NCBI GenBank assembly: GCA_001643675.2
Contig: LSRY02000037.1
Location: 124,001 to 188,000 of the forward strand
Source: Monocercomonoides exilis PA203
Lineage: Eukaryota > Protista > Preaxostyla
Length of the DNA: 64,000 nt
Direction: 5' to 3'
The position numbers and the translations under genes were made by a program. The notes below the pieces were generated by a model, which was given only the letters and a program-made list of their open reading frames with translations, searched no databases and was not told the origin of the DNA. Each line of letters opens with the position of its first letter. Positions within the stretch are counted from its first letter, which is position 1. This document shows positions 63,905 through 64,000 of the stretch, piece by piece.

Positions 63905-64000
63905 GGGTTATCATTTAACCCCAACCCATTTTTTTATTCTGACCCAAATGTTTGAAGCGAAAAATTTAGAAAAATTTAAAAAAATACAAAAGAAGAATCA
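63905..64000. mobile_element. End of another copy of the TA|GGGTTA pogo-like element, truncated by the window edge
   Basis: TA|GGGTTATCATTTAACCCCAACCCATTTTTTTATTCTGACCCAAA resembles 46331-46377 (TA|GGGTTATTATTTTATCC...TTTATTCTGACCCAAA). Confidence 0.55.

Overview
Eukaryotic, AT-rich genomic DNA with short GT-AG introns. The 2,700-5,000-codon ORFs contain no in-frame TAA/TAG, so the standard genetic code applies. Poly-Ser/poly-Glu-laden giant proteins and Cys/Gly-rich receptor-pseudokinase genes suggest an oxymonad-like protist such as Monocercomonoides (inference, not verified). Protein genes: (1) a >5,000-aa, 5'-truncated PPP-family phosphatase whose catalytic domain is split by a ~1,940-aa in-frame low-complexity insertion; (2) two paralogous giant single-pass receptors with 4 versus 8 beta-helix-like ectodomain modules, near-identical juxtamembrane tails and degenerate kinase domains; (3) a membrane-anchored S41-type peptidase; (4) three compact intron-containing genes: an RGLG/copine-type vWA-only protein, an RRM + 2x zinc-knuckle SR protein and DcpS; (5) a coiled-coil/Ser-rich hypothetical protein. 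Mobile and repeat content: a decayed, intron-containing pogo-like DD35D transposon apparently nested inside a second TIR element, several hairpin MITE/foldback elements and long dinucleotide microsatellites. All exon models and repeat alignments were made by eye.
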